This document shows positions 17,017 to 26,901 of a stretch of 28,177 nucleotides of DNA, one piece after another. How positions within the stretch are numbered: position 1 is the first letter of the stretch; every line of letters begins with the position of its first letter. The notes under the pieces are model-generated. The model saw only the letters and a list, made by a program, of their open reading frames with translations, was not told the DNA's origin and ran no database searches. Where the stretch lies: IMG/VR virus record IMGVR_UViG_3300029309_000007, one strand, 5' to 3'. The translations under genes were made by a program, and so were the position numbers. Source of the stretch: an uncultured virus (IMG/VR IMGVR_UViG_3300029309_000007). Taxonomy: Duplodnaviria > Heunggongvirae > Uroviricota > Caudoviricetes.

Positions 17017-19689
17017 TCACCTAAAGTTTGCCTTAATAAAATACACTTCTTCCTTTGAAATGCCATAAGACTTTGAAATATTGTCAAACGCATTCACTTC
17101 AGAAACAATGCTAGTTAATTCATTAACTGACATGTCTCTGCTAAATTGTTCTTGCATCTTAACAATCATGTTTTGCATGGAATCGTAATCTTCTAAATCA
17201 TGCCCACCAATATAAATTTGCTGTCCTTTCAAAAGGCGCAAATTGTCATGCACTTCTAAAATTCTATCAGATAACGACTTGCTTACTTTTAAATTTTTAA
17301 TTTGTGTTTTGATTGTATCAATTGCTCTTATAGCCTCAGTTTTCTTTTGCCCATCCCCACTTGGTTCATATATTTCACCAAAGTATGCTTCTGCCGACCT
17401 TTTCTTAAAGAAACGCATAAAGTCTCTAAGAGAGCGCAAATTACTGAAATTGATAGTCTCTTGGGAAACATTATCCATTAACTGTGCATATGCCTCATCT
17501 ACATCAACGCCCATAAGAGAAACCTTTTCTTCATTTTCCATCCTTGCCTTTAAAGAACCCAACATTGCCGCCGCATCGTAAACAATAATATTATAATATT
17601 CATCGTTTTTGTTAATTTTATAGGCTTTAGACAAAGCAGAAATAAAATCCTCAAATCCTTTCTTGGCTTGTTTTATGGTAGAGAAACCATCATTGATGTT
17701 TTTCATAGTTTTTGCTAATTTTTTAAGAGTAGAAACTCTAAACATTTTTGTTTTATACTCTCTCATATTTGAATAAAGTTTATTAATTCCAGCAAACTCT
17801 TTTGAGTCTCCATATGTCATTAAGACATTGATTGCGCCGTTGTCGGCAAATGGAAGGTCATAACCAAAACAATATCTTGAGTCTTGAGGAGAATAGTATA
17901 ACTCTTCAATATCAAGAATAATGTCTTTAATTAAATCAGTATATTTTTTACTGGAAGTTATGTTTCTCTTTAGATTACCAGTGCCTTTTCCACCTACCTG
18001 CCTTCTATATTCATAAGCAGGTTTTTCGGATGGGGGTATTTTAGATTTCCCACCGCCTTCAACAGCCCCATACATTCTCAAATTGATATTTTGGGGAAGA
18101 ATAGTATTTTCTGTCTCAATTGCCTTTTGTAGCAATAAAAAGAACTTTCCTATTTTTTCTTCTTTTTCTTTTGCCTCGCTTAGCAAATTCTTATAGTGCC
18201 GGTTTAGTGGAGTATCAACAGCAAAGAAAACTGGAAGTTTGCCGGATTGTTCTTCTTCAAAGGCTTTTATGTGTCCTAAGAAGCCAGTGAAATTTTCAAC
18301 ATCTTCTTGTGTAAAAGGTAAGCCTTTCTCTTGAAATCTGTTGTGAAGATTAACTATCTTTTCAAATGCTAAATCTTGAAAGAAATCAAGTTCAATATCA
18401 GTTGTAAAATTCTCTGAATTTCTGTCTAAAGCAACGATGGAAAGCGCATCTAATTTTAGTGAGTCAGTTGGAACATCGGGAGTTAAATTTTTAGGGTCAA
18501 AATCAATATCCTTTGCGGCTCGGTCAAAAGGAAGTTTTGTAGCGGCTTGATTTAATCTTGCTTCTTCTGCGTCGGATTCTGCGGCGGCTTGAGCAGAATC
18601 ACCCATTCCTCTAACGCCAGCAGTAATATTAGCATCTGTAATTTCTGAACTATCGGCTGAATCTTGTCTTAATGATTCACCATAAGCAAAAAATTGAGCC
18701 ACTTCACCTCTTGCATCACCGGCATTATATTCTGGCATTGAATCGCCAGTAATGATAGAAACGATATTAAATGTAATTAAATAATTTTTGATAAATTTAT
18801 CAACCCTAGAGTTTATTTCTTCTAACTCAATGTTCCTCTCTGGGAATTCTGTGATGTAATTTAAGAAAGGATATTTTCCACCTTCTTCATTCTTTTCTAA
18901 AAAATCAATGAAAGCCTTCATATCTTTATCTGTCGGGTCTAAACTCTCCGCTAATTCTTTGACATCCTTAGCCATCCGTTCAATTTTCTGAGAAATATCT
19001 TCCCAATAGTCATATGCTTTCCTGACATCTTCAGGTTCAATATCTGCTTCGCCCCCAAAGAAAATATCTCTATCATCTAAATCAAAAGAATACTTTTCTT
19101 TTTTAGGTGTAGGTTTTCTAATTTTCTTAAGACTATCCAAATATGAAGTAAGCAATTGAAAGTTTCTAATTTGAACCTTTGTTAGCATTTTTTCAGCGAA
19201 TTGATTAAGCGATGCCTTAATTCTTTTTGAGAGAATCTTTGCATCAAAGCCCCTATTTAAAGAAAGAATATTTAGATTTAAATTTCTTCCTTTCATCATA
19301 TCTAATGTTAATGCACCATCTCCGTACTTAAATGCCGCTACCCCTCTTTCGTTAGCAAGCAAACCTTCAAAAGGATTTGTAGTCTTTTGTGAAAAATACT
19401 TTTTAAGTTCTTCAACCATAGTAGCCGCTACTTCTGGTCTTCTGCCTAAAGACTTGATTCCCTCTACTTTCATCAATTCTCTTTTAAGTGCTCTACTATC
19501 TAAGAAACTTGTATCTAATTCCGAAGTAATTTGCTCAGGAGTAAGTTTTTGTAGTGGGGCAGGGATAATGTCAAGAATAACACTTTTTGCTTTAGGGTCA
19601 TCATTTAACTTATTATTTTCCCAATCAAAGCCCGTAGAATCCGAATACTCATAGATTTGAGAAAGGATGGGATAATTCTGATTCATCAT
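17017..19689 (-). CDS. Large hypothetical protein (890 aa), possible C-terminal HTH; probable virion/internal protein
   Basis: Long ORF with ATGA coupling; C-terminal FDNISKSYGISKEEVYFIK is HTH-like. Confidence 0.8.
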   Translation of the reverse strand: MMNQNYPILSQIYEYSDSTGFDWENNKLNDDPKAKSVILDIIPAPLQKLTPEQITSELDTSFLDSRALKRELMKVEGIKSLGRRPEVAATMVEELKKYFSQKTTNPFEGLLANERGVAAFKYGDGALTLDMMKGRNLNLNILSLNRGFDAKILSKRIKASLNQFAEKMLTKVQIRNFQLLTSYLDSLKKIRKPTPKKEKYSFDLDDRDIFFGGEADIEPEDVRKAYDYWEDISQKIERMAKDVKELAESLDPTDKDMKAFIDFLEKNEEGGKYPFLNYITEFPERNIELEEINSRVDKFIKNYLITFNIVSIITGDSMPEYNAGDARGEVAQFFAYGESLRQDSADSSEITDANITAGVRGMGDSAQAAAESDAEEARLNQAATKLPFDRAAKDIDFDPKNLTPDVPTDSLKLDALSIVALDRNSENFTTDIELDFFQDLAFEKIVNLHNRFQEKGLPFTQEDVENFTGFLGHIKAFEEEQSGKLPVFFAVDTPLNRHYKNLLSEAKEKEEKIGKFFLLLQKAIETENTILPQNINLRMYGAVEGGGKSKIPPSEKPAYEYRRQVGGKGTGNLKRNITSSKKYTDLIKDIILDIEELYYSPQDSRYCFGYDLPFADNGAINVLMTYGDSKEFAGINKLYSNMREYKTKMFRVSTLKKLAKTMKNINDGFSTIKQAKKGFEDFISALSKAYKINKNDEYYNIIVYDAAAMLGSLKARMENEEKVSLMGVDVDEAYAQLMDNVSQETINFSNLRSLRDFMRFFKKRSAEAYFGEIYEPSGDGQKKTEAIRAIDTIKTQIKNLKVSKSLSDRILEVHDNLRLLKGQQIYIGGHDLEDYDSMQNMIVKMQEQFSRDMSVNELTSIVSEVNAFDNISKSYGISKEEVYFIKANFR

Positions 19690-21548
19690 ACCACCTTAAT
19701 TAAATTAACTTCTTGCCCAACATTAATGCTAAAGAATTGCTTTGGTAAAATTTCTTGTAAGTCCAATATTTTTCTTTGGTCTTTTCTCATACCGTAAAGT
19801 TTTGGATATTTTCCTGGATTATCAATAATACTTTGAAGTTTGTTTTTAATGCCTTCTCTAAACTTAGTAGATAATTCGTTGATTGCTGTATTCAATTCGT
19901 CAAGGAAAGGCTTCTTCGCTTCGCTATTGACCTTCGCCTCTTTACCTTTGCTGGCGGGGGTGTAGATTTCTTCTACCTTCTTCAATGTATCTCCGCTATC
20001 ATATTTTTCCAGCAAAGTTAGCATATTAAGTAAAAGAACACCATTATTATCAGATTCAAAACGACCCTCACCGATATATTTTTGAGAAAAGGCTAAGTCT
20101 GCGATATTCTTATTTTCTTCTTCGGCAATAGCAATTAAAGCGTCTAATGGGTCATTGATGTCCACTACTCTTGCCCCTTCAACACCTTCTTTTTGGGCTT
20201 TGAAATAATTTTCAACATATACACTTTTAGCCTTATCAAATTCAAAATCTGGATAGTTTTCTTTAATGTGGTCGGGAACTTCATCAAACGATTCAATGTT
20301 TTTATTTATTTCAGTAAGGGAGGTTTCGTCTAAAATAATAGAATTTCCTCTTTGTTTGTAGTCGTCAGGAAATAGTCCAATTGCCTCAATAAAATCATTG
20401 GGAATTAAGGTTTCAACAGTCTTAGATTCTGTTTCTTCCTTACTTTCCCCTTCTAAAAGGTCTTTTCTTTGCCCCGAAATAGTCGTTTGCATGGCCGCTT
20501 CAAGTGCTTTTATCCCTTCCGCATATTGACTTAATAACTGATAAATGAAATCAGTTGGCCTATATTGGTTTTTTGTATGAATTAAAATACGCAATTTATT
20601 GTCTAATTTTTCACCTATGTTTTCTTCAGAAATTTTAAAGATTAATTCATTTGTAATATCTCTAGTATCGCCATACTTTTCAGTCATTAATTTAAAGAAA
20701 GCCTTGACTTCAAAGGGGCCAATTTCAGAAACTTCGTAGGTTTTAATTTCTTCTGCTTGTTGAAACTTAAATCCTTCCGTTTTTTGCTGTTTTCCTAAGA
20801 ATTCGCTCATATTTTTAGAAATTGTCTTCTCTAGACGATAATTTTCTCCCTCTCTTAACTCCATTCCGAGTTTTTTAGCCAAATTTTTGACTTCTTTCTT
20901 CTTAATATCTTCAATTTTGGCATCTTTGATAACCTTTTTGAAAGTGGTGGCCTCCTTTGTCGGGCCTTTTTCACTTTCAAAGCCAGAAACGCTGTCTTTC
21001 TTGGCCCCAAGAACAATAATTTTTAGTTTTGCGTAGCCAAAATTCAAAACATCATCAAATTCTGCAAAAGTTTTCGGTTTTTCTGCGTATTTTGTGAATA
21101 ATTTTAGCATTTTGTCTAATTCTTCTGGTGTAGCCTTGCTTCGCATGGGTCTAAATCTAGTTTGCCTAAAATTATTGTAAAGATATTCAATTGTTTCCTT
21201 ATCTTCAACTAAAAAGTCAGACAATTTGTCGCCTTCTTTACGAGAGGGTTGCATTTTTTTGGAAAGTGCCGCCTTAATTGCTAAAAAATTGTCATGAATC
21301 TCTTCAATTTTGCTACCGAGCATATCTTTTGCGACTTTACCCATAGAATTGAGTAAGGCTTCGGGACTTGAATCATCATACTGTTCAATAAATTTTTTAA
21401 ATTTTCTTTTTCCAGCACTTTTTTTATTAGGGTTTGTTGTAGTAATAATATCCCTCAAACGATTCGTCGTAGAATAATTTGACAACATGGAAAAAAGAGC
21501 GACCTCATCGGAGGGCAACTCACTTTTCAATAATAACTGCCAAGACAA
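19686..21548 (-). CDS. Tagged (MSWQLLLK) large hypothetical protein (620 aa)
   Basis: TTG start preceded by AGGTGA SD. Confidence 0.8.
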   Translation of the reverse strand: MSWQLLLKSELPSDEVALFSMLSNYSTTNRLRDIITTTNPNKKSAGKRKFKKFIEQYDDSSPEALLNSMGKVAKDMLGSKIEEIHDNFLAIKAALSKKMQPSRKEGDKLSDFLVEDKETIEYLYNNFRQTRFRPMRSKATPEELDKMLKLFTKYAEKPKTFAEFDDVLNFGYAKLKIIVLGAKKDSVSGFESEKGPTKEATTFKKVIKDAKIEDIKKKEVKNLAKKLGMELREGENYRLEKTISKNMSEFLGKQQKTEGFKFQQAEEIKTYEVSEIGPFEVKAFFKLMTEKYGDTRDITNELIFKISEENIGEKLDNKLRILIHTKNQYRPTDFIYQLLSQYAEGIKALEAAMQTTISGQRKDLLEGESKEETESKTVETLIPNDFIEAIGLFPDDYKQRGNSIILDETSLTEINKNIESFDEVPDHIKENYPDFEFDKAKSVYVENYFKAQKEGVEGARVVDINDPLDALIAIAEEENKNIADLAFSQKYIGEGRFESDNNGVLLLNMLTLLEKYDSGDTLKKVEEIYTPASKGKEAKVNSEAKKPFLDELNTAINELSTKFREGIKNKLQSIIDNPGKYPKLYGMRKDQRKILDLQEILPKQFFSINVGQEVNLIKVV

Positions 21549-21557
21549 GAAATCACC

Positions 21558-21824
21558 TCAAAACTTACCAGCAGAAACTAAATCAACCCATTGTTTTCTT
21601 TGACCATGCTTTCTTGAAACATACTTTTTAAAATTCATTAGGTAGTCCTTTTGTCTGTCTTTATTTATTTTTCCAGATTTGACATTATTGTAGACTACAT
21701 CAAGTGATTTAGCGTTCATGGTATTGTTCTTAAGCATTGCTTCTACTAACTGTTCCAAATTATCAAAAGTCATAAATTGAGTATCTTCGCTATATTTTTT
21801 ACTAACGATATTTTCCCAACTCAT
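21558..21824 (-). CDS. Small protein with variant tag (MSWENIVSK)
   Basis: ATGA coupling, GGAG SD. Confidence 0.75.
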   Translation of the reverse strand: MSWENIVSKKYSEDTQFMTFDNLEQLVEAMLKNNTMNAKSLDVVYNNVKSGKINKDRQKDYLMNFKKYVSRKHGQRKQWVDLVSAGKF

Positions 21825-22483
21825 TGTAGTCTCTCCTGCATTTTACTTTTAATATCGAGCCAAATCTCAGGATTGTTCTGCGCTAATACTTCTTGAACAA
21901 TTTGCATCTGTGCGACAATAATTGTGTCCTGTCTCTTATGAATCAATTTGCCCTTGAACTCCATAAGATACTTCAAAGACTCACGAATCTCTCTTGCTAA
22001 CTTGGTAAGCGCATCAATCATCTTAGGGTCTAACTCATTCCCTAATTCATCAAAGACTTGCTCTAAACGCCTATCTAATCGCTCTACATTGTTTGACAGC
22101 AAATCAATCTCATTTACTTCTTTTTTGGCTATCATCATGGCCGCAGATTCTTGCACGATTGGCGTCAAGTGGTGCTTCATGTGGCGTTGCACCTGCGCTT
22201 TTGATATGCCAAGAGCAGTAGAAACACCCTCACTTGAAACATTTCCTTCGGAAAGCGCAGTTTCATAATGTTTCCTCATTGGGTCGGTGCATAACTTACA
22301 CTGTGGATTTGAAGACATTTCATAATCCCCCATGTGATTTCTCTGATGTTGCGCCGCAGTGCCACTTCTCCAACCATGAACAATATCCATTTCATCGCAA
22401 GACATCGTGCGATTTTCAAGAGCATTTTCAAGTTGCTCTCTTTGTTCACTTTGGCACAAGCCACACCGCTTTCTTGTTGTCAT
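21821..22483 (-). CDS. Tandem CxxC...HxxxH Zn/HTH protein with C-terminal coiled coil; candidate terminase small subunit
   Basis: Two repeats (CGLC...HQRNH; CKLC...GISKAQVQRHMKHH) followed by a long oligomerisation-type helix; the TerS call is inference from architecture. Confidence 0.55.
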   Translation of the reverse strand: MTTRKRCGLCQSEQREQLENALENRTMSCDEMDIVHGWRSGTAAQHQRNHMGDYEMSSNPQCKLCTDPMRKHYETALSEGNVSSEGVSTALGISKAQVQRHMKHHLTPIVQESAAMMIAKKEVNEIDLLSNNVERLDRRLEQVFDELGNELDPKMIDALTKLAREIRESLKYLMEFKGKLIHKRQDTIIVAQMQIVQEVLAQNNPEIWLDIKSKMQERLQ

Positions 22484-23559
22484 AATACCATCTCAAACCA
22501 TTTCTTGACTTCTTCCTTTTTCGGTGCAGGAGCCTTTGCTCTTGGACTACGAATATAACTGTTTTTGATAAGGTTTTGCATAGCCTTATTCGTTTTCATA
22601 TCAATTCTAAATTTAGGAACAGGATGAGCCAAAACATTCTTTGCATTAATAGAAGACAATTTCTTTCCTGTAAGATTAGCCGTCATTAATCTTCTAAACA
22701 GAAGAGAATCAACGCCTTGATAACTCTGTGAGTTTAATGCGTTTCTAAATGCAGACAAATCGTATTTGCCATCTTTGTAAAATCTTTTTGCATTTTTAAT
22801 CACCCATGACTTGACCTGTGGTAATTGAGCCAAAAGGTCTGAATTGATTTTAGTCAAGACTGGCTCAATTGGTTTTTCAATTTGCTTAATAGCAGATTCA
22901 ATCACTTCAAGAAGTCCACCTTTAGGAAACATATCTCCGCCATATATTGCTTGATATAGCGGAGGTTGAGCAGTATTTGGGGATTTACTACTCCATTTCT
23001 CATAGCCTTGGGGGGGCTTCATCTTAGGGTATCTCTTGATAAAGTAATCATCAATGTAATGCCCAAAAATCTTTTCTTTTACCTTTGAAGTAATCTTAAG
23101 TTCCCCGTCCACCATTCGGTATCTCTTGGGTCTTTTGAAGACAATGTTTTGGGGATTGAGACTTTTATGTGATAAAAGCGATGTTAGAGCGTCTCTAAAT
23201 TTTTCTAAAAAATGCTTTTCTGCTTGATTAAAAATCTTAACAGTTTTTAATGTTGTGTCAATATCTTCTAAATACTTGTATATCCCTTTATCCCCCTTAT
23301 TTGGAGAATCTGGTCTTGCGACAGATGCGCTCACATGATTTCTAACTTGGCCGAGTAAATCCTTTGGAACGAATTTACTCTTAGGATTCTTTGTGCCGCC
23401 AATGTCGTCCTGCGGGGGTTTTGGGCTAATTTGGCTTGTTTTATAACTGCGACATTTGGCTTGCCAATCGTTAAAAGCCTGTTCAAAATCAAAAGAGCCA
23501 GACATTTCAACGGGATTACCGTTAATGACCTCAATACTCTTCTTTTCTCTTCTTGCCAC
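22480..23559 (-). CDS. Hypothetical protein (359 aa) with C-terminal tag-like KKWFEMVL
   Basis: GTG start, GAGG SD, ATGA coupling downstream. Confidence 0.78.
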   Translation of the reverse strand: MARREKKSIEVINGNPVEMSGSFDFEQAFNDWQAKCRSYKTSQISPKPPQDDIGGTKNPKSKFVPKDLLGQVRNHVSASVARPDSPNKGDKGIYKYLEDIDTTLKTVKIFNQAEKHFLEKFRDALTSLLSHKSLNPQNIVFKRPKRYRMVDGELKITSKVKEKIFGHYIDDYFIKRYPKMKPPQGYEKWSSKSPNTAQPPLYQAIYGGDMFPKGGLLEVIESAIKQIEKPIEPVLTKINSDLLAQLPQVKSWVIKNAKRFYKDGKYDLSAFRNALNSQSYQGVDSLLFRRLMTANLTGKKLSSINAKNVLAHPVPKFRIDMKTNKAMQNLIKNSYIRSPRAKAPAPKKEEVKKWFEMVL

Positions 23560-24388
23560 GCTTTTTCCTCCTTACGATTGCTTTATCACCAAAAAGGGCA
23601 ATATTTGCTCCACCGGCAAAAGACACGCCCCCTGCTTCCTTCAAAGTGTCCTCGGTATATATCACTTCTGCTTTTTTAATGTCAGAGATAATATCTCTAA
23701 TTCTTTTTAAGGGCATTTTGATTCTATCCCTACTTTCTTGCTCAATTGAAGTATCTAACATTTCCATCAATTCTTCATAATTGTCATAGGCTGTGAGTCT
23801 TTCTATTAATTTATCCAAGGGAACATCATAATATTTTAATGTAGGGTCTTGCTCAATTGCTTCTCTCACTCTAATCGGGTCATAATCATCCTCTTCAACG
23901 GGAAGATTAACCGATTTATCAGCAATCAATTCTTCTCGACTTCTCGCTGTTTCTGCACCATCGCTGTCCACTAAACCGAGGTCAAATTGTTTCTTTTTGC
24001 TCTTTATGTCTCTTTCTTTACCAATGTAAGAAATAATATCATAATCATCTTCCGAGTTTTTCCTAACGGCCCAAACATAACCGTTAGCGACTACACTAAA
24101 CTGATATCCGTCTTTTAATCTATCAAAGAATTTATATCTCATATTTAATGTATTTTGGAATCTCCTTAGCATATTCATAAAATAAAATGCACCATCTAAC
24201 GGTCTTGGGTCATTACTTACATCATACCCCATCATTCTTTTCATAGCATGGCCAAAAACCCTAAATCCCTCAATTTCAACAGAATCGCTATCTTTCATAT
24301 CCGCATATTTTTCCAGCCATTTTGGGACAGGCTCTTCAAAAATCTTACGCTTGAAGATTTCTTCCCATTTAAGAACATCAAACCACAT
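23531..24388 (-). CDS. Double-tagged (MWFDVLKWEEIFK) protein with possible toxin-RNase-like HAxxRM motif
   Basis: Start moved to ATG 24388 (TAATG coupling, GGAG SD); FRVFGHAMKRM. Confidence 0.75.
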   Translation of the reverse strand: MWFDVLKWEEIFKRKIFEEPVPKWLEKYADMKDSDSVEIEGFRVFGHAMKRMMGYDVSNDPRPLDGAFYFMNMLRRFQNTLNMRYKFFDRLKDGYQFSVVANGYVWAVRKNSEDDYDIISYIGKERDIKSKKKQFDLGLVDSDGAETARSREELIADKSVNLPVEEDDYDPIRVREAIEQDPTLKYYDVPLDKLIERLTAYDNYEELMEMLDTSIEQESRDRIKMPLKRIRDIISDIKKAEVIYTEDTLKEAGGVSFAGGANIALFGDKAIVRRKKRGKKRKEEY

Positions 24389-24858
24389 TATGCTCTCTCC
24401 CAACAAGATTTAATCTTATCGTATCTTTTTTTTGCTAACACCTTAGAATACACTTTTTCAAATCCGACCCTCTTTTTCTTTTTATTGCCCTTCATTGGCC
24501 CTGTTAATGTGATAAGAAAGGGCGAATACCCCTCTTCTAAAATGCCATAAATATCAAGAGAATAATAGCCGCCCTCCCTACCAATCCAATTGTATAGAGA
24601 AGCAGATTGAGGTGTTGGTTTAGGGCCACTAAAAAAATTGTCTAAATTCTCTACGAGCAAACAAAAAAGTTCCTCGGGAATGCCACTATCAACTATTGAA
24701 TCATTAAACCAAGGGTCGTAATCAAATTCATCATATAAATTTTCAATAAATTTAATATATTTTTCTTCACATGATTTATCTCTTGAAATATTAATTTTTC
24801 TACCCTCTACATCTCCTTGAAGTGCGGAAATATTGACCTTAAAAATGTCAAACCACAC
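24388..24858 (-). CDS. Tagged paralog 3 of tandem triplet (MWFDIFK...QGDVEG)
   Basis: GTG at 24858 after GGAGG; shares motifs with the next two genes. Confidence 0.8.
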   Translation of the reverse strand: MWFDIFKVNISALQGDVEGRKINISRDKSCEEKYIKFIENLYDEFDYDPWFNDSIVDSGIPEELFCLLVENLDNFFSGPKPTPQSASLYNWIGREGGYYSLDIYGILEEGYSPFLITLTGPMKGNKKKKRVGFEKVYSKVLAKKRYDKIKSCWERA

Positions 24859-25367
24859 TATGATTCCTCCCAAAGTGTCTTTAGCATTTTAATTATTTTT
24901 TTCTGAAGTCCTATAGAGAATGAGTCATTTTTCGGTGCTCTAAGTTCTATAACATATACCATGTCAAAAAGATAACCTGCGCCAATGTGGAAAAAATCGG
25001 CAAAGTTTTTAATATCTTCTCCAATTTCATATCTTAAATCTAAATATATTAAGGTCGAAATTTCTGATATTTCTTCTCTATCTTCATATTTCTCAGAAGT
25101 TTGACTAAACATTTTATCTATCATTTCTACTAATTTACATGCCACAGATTCTGACATTTGGAATCTATGGTCTTTTTCTAATGCTAAAACCTTTGCACTA
25201 GTCGTAGGCCCAAATGCTTTCTTTGCCTTTTTTGCAAAATTTAGTAATCTATCAAGACATTTACTGGATTTTGGAATGTTGATGTTCTTACCTTCAGCAT
25301 CACCCTGTATTTGGGGTATTTGGGGAGACAATCGAGAAAGGTCTAACTTAACAATGTCAAACCACAT
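24858..25367 (-). CDS. Tagged paralog 2 of tandem triplet (MWFDIVK...QGDAEG)
   Basis: ATG at 25367 (TGATG coupling, GGAG SD). Confidence 0.8.
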   Translation of the reverse strand: MWFDIVKLDLSRLSPQIPQIQGDAEGKNINIPKSSKCLDRLLNFAKKAKKAFGPTTSAKVLALEKDHRFQMSESVACKLVEMIDKMFSQTSEKYEDREEISEISTLIYLDLRYEIGEDIKNFADFFHIGAGYLFDMVYVIELRAPKNDSFSIGLQKKIIKMLKTLWEES

Positions 25368-25864
25368 CACAATCTCTCCCACATTACTTTCATTTTTTTG
25401 TGATGGTCTTTAGCAATATCTGTTTTATAATCACCAAGGAAAAACGCTATTTTACTTTTGGCCTCTAACACATCTACTACACTTAAGGATAAAGGATTAA
25501 ATGTTTCTGGCCTATTGTGTATTTCACCTCGCATTTTGAAAGTATAACCTTCAAAATTCGCTTCAACTTTTTTTTCTAAATTTCCATGCCGATTTTCTTT
25601 GAATTCAGAACTGAAAAATTTATCTAAATTTTCAACAATCCAACAATAAATGTGCTCTGGAAGTTCAGGATTTTCTCTTTTGTTTGTTGTGCCGTAGTGA
25701 GAAATTAACAGTCCTCGTCCGAATTCTTTTTTCAAGTCTTTACTATACCTTTCAATTTTTTCTCTACATTTTCTGTTCTCTTCAATGTTAATGTTTTTAC
25801 CTTCGGCATCACCCTGCACTTGGGCTATTTGCGAGAGGTCTAACTTAACAATGTTAAACCACAT
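25367..25864 (-). CDS. Tagged paralog 1 of tandem triplet (MWFNIVK...QGDAEG)
   Basis: ATG immediately after upstream TGA; shared N-terminal block. Confidence 0.8.
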   Translation of the reverse strand: MWFNIVKLDLSQIAQVQGDAEGKNINIEENRKCREKIERYSKDLKKEFGRGLLISHYGTTNKRENPELPEHIYCWIVENLDKFFSSEFKENRHGNLEKKVEANFEGYTFKMRGEIHNRPETFNPLSLSVVDVLEAKSKIAFFLGDYKTDIAKDHHKKMKVMWERL

Positions 25865-26629
25865 TCAATCATCTCGCTTCAAAAGATTGAACCAATCTGA
25901 TTTATACATGTCTCTAAACTTATCCGAAAATCCAGCACCTTCTTCCGTTTCTACCTTTGGTCGGCTTTCTTCTTCTCGCTCCCTTGCCGCATCATCTAAA
26001 GCCAAACCCATTTCGTCAAAATCTCCAGTTTTAGCCTGTCTTCGGATTTTTCTCGGCTCATCTACATTTAGATATAATGCCGCAGAAGTAATAGCATGTT
26101 TAATAAAATTGGTATAATCAGGGGAATCAACAACAGCACTTAATGTAGAAGTCATTGACTTTCCGTTTTCTGAGAACTTCTTTTTGATTTTCATCAACCG
26201 TTCTCTTTCTTCTTTATCTAATGGAGTTCCAGCAACAACCTCGCTAACATGGCTTTGCCCGATGCTCTTAGCAGCCTTTAAAACCTCAAATTCTCCGATT
26301 TTATCGGGAACACCGTCCTCTTTATCAAAGTCAGTATTTTCTCTGATTTTATCTTCATCCTTGCTTTCTTTGGCTTGCTTTTTCATGCCATCCATTACAG
26401 GGCCAAGCCATCCTTGCATAAATTGTTCAGCAATAAAGAATGCCTCTACTTCATCAAGAGGGGGAATAATATTTTCATATGTTAATTTAACAGTTTTATA
26501 GGCTAACGATTTAAGTGCAGAACCCTGAGAAATTTTACTAATAACATCTCCTTGAAAGACCTCATCAACAATTCCTCTTACATTAACAGGCCCAGATGGG
26601 CCTTTTGCATCATCAATATTTTTTGCCAT
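25865..26629 (-). CDS. Hypothetical protein (254 aa) with C-terminal tag KSDWFNLLKRDD
   Basis: ORF; AGGT SD-like site. Confidence 0.8.
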   Translation of the reverse strand: MAKNIDDAKGPSGPVNVRGIVDEVFQGDVISKISQGSALKSLAYKTVKLTYENIIPPLDEVEAFFIAEQFMQGWLGPVMDGMKKQAKESKDEDKIRENTDFDKEDGVPDKIGEFEVLKAAKSIGQSHVSEVVAGTPLDKEERERLMKIKKKFSENGKSMTSTLSAVVDSPDYTNFIKHAITSAALYLNVDEPRKIRRQAKTGDFDEMGLALDDAAREREEESRPKVETEEGAGFSDKFRDMYKSDWFNLLKRDD

Positions 26630-26676
26630 AATATCAAACCTTTAAATTTCTCTAAAAATTTCTGGCGGAATTTTTT

Positions 26677-26874
26677 TTACTCTAACCCAGCCGCCTCTAA
26701 GAAAAGTTCCCTTAGAGTTTGCCTAAATTCTAAGAGCCTATCTTTAGGTAAATTAATACGGCTCCTACCAAATTCTTGTTCAATCCTGTCTAAAATTCCA
26801 GTAGCGAAATCTAAAGCCTCCATCCTAAGTTGTTGTTCATCTGACCTTTCTTTCTTAATCTCATCTTTCCACAT
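26677..26874 (-). CDS. Tagged (MWKDEIKK) 65-aa protein
   Basis: AGGTGA SD. Confidence 0.75.
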   Translation of the reverse strand: MWKDEIKKERSDEQQLRMEALDFATGILDRIEQEFGRSRINLPKDRLLEFRQTLRELFLEAAGLE

Positions 26875-26901
26875 AATATCACCTAAAGTTTCTCGGAATT
26901 T

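Noticed and set aside
6458..23534. Nested minus-strand ORFs 6458-6652, 8470-8664, 15854-16096, 22276-22464 and 23331-23534
   Set aside because: Out-of-frame overlaps within better-supported genes.
24388..25864. Diversity-generating retroelement behind the paralog triplet
   Set aside because: No reverse transcriptase in the window and no TR/VR pair with adenine-specific differences.
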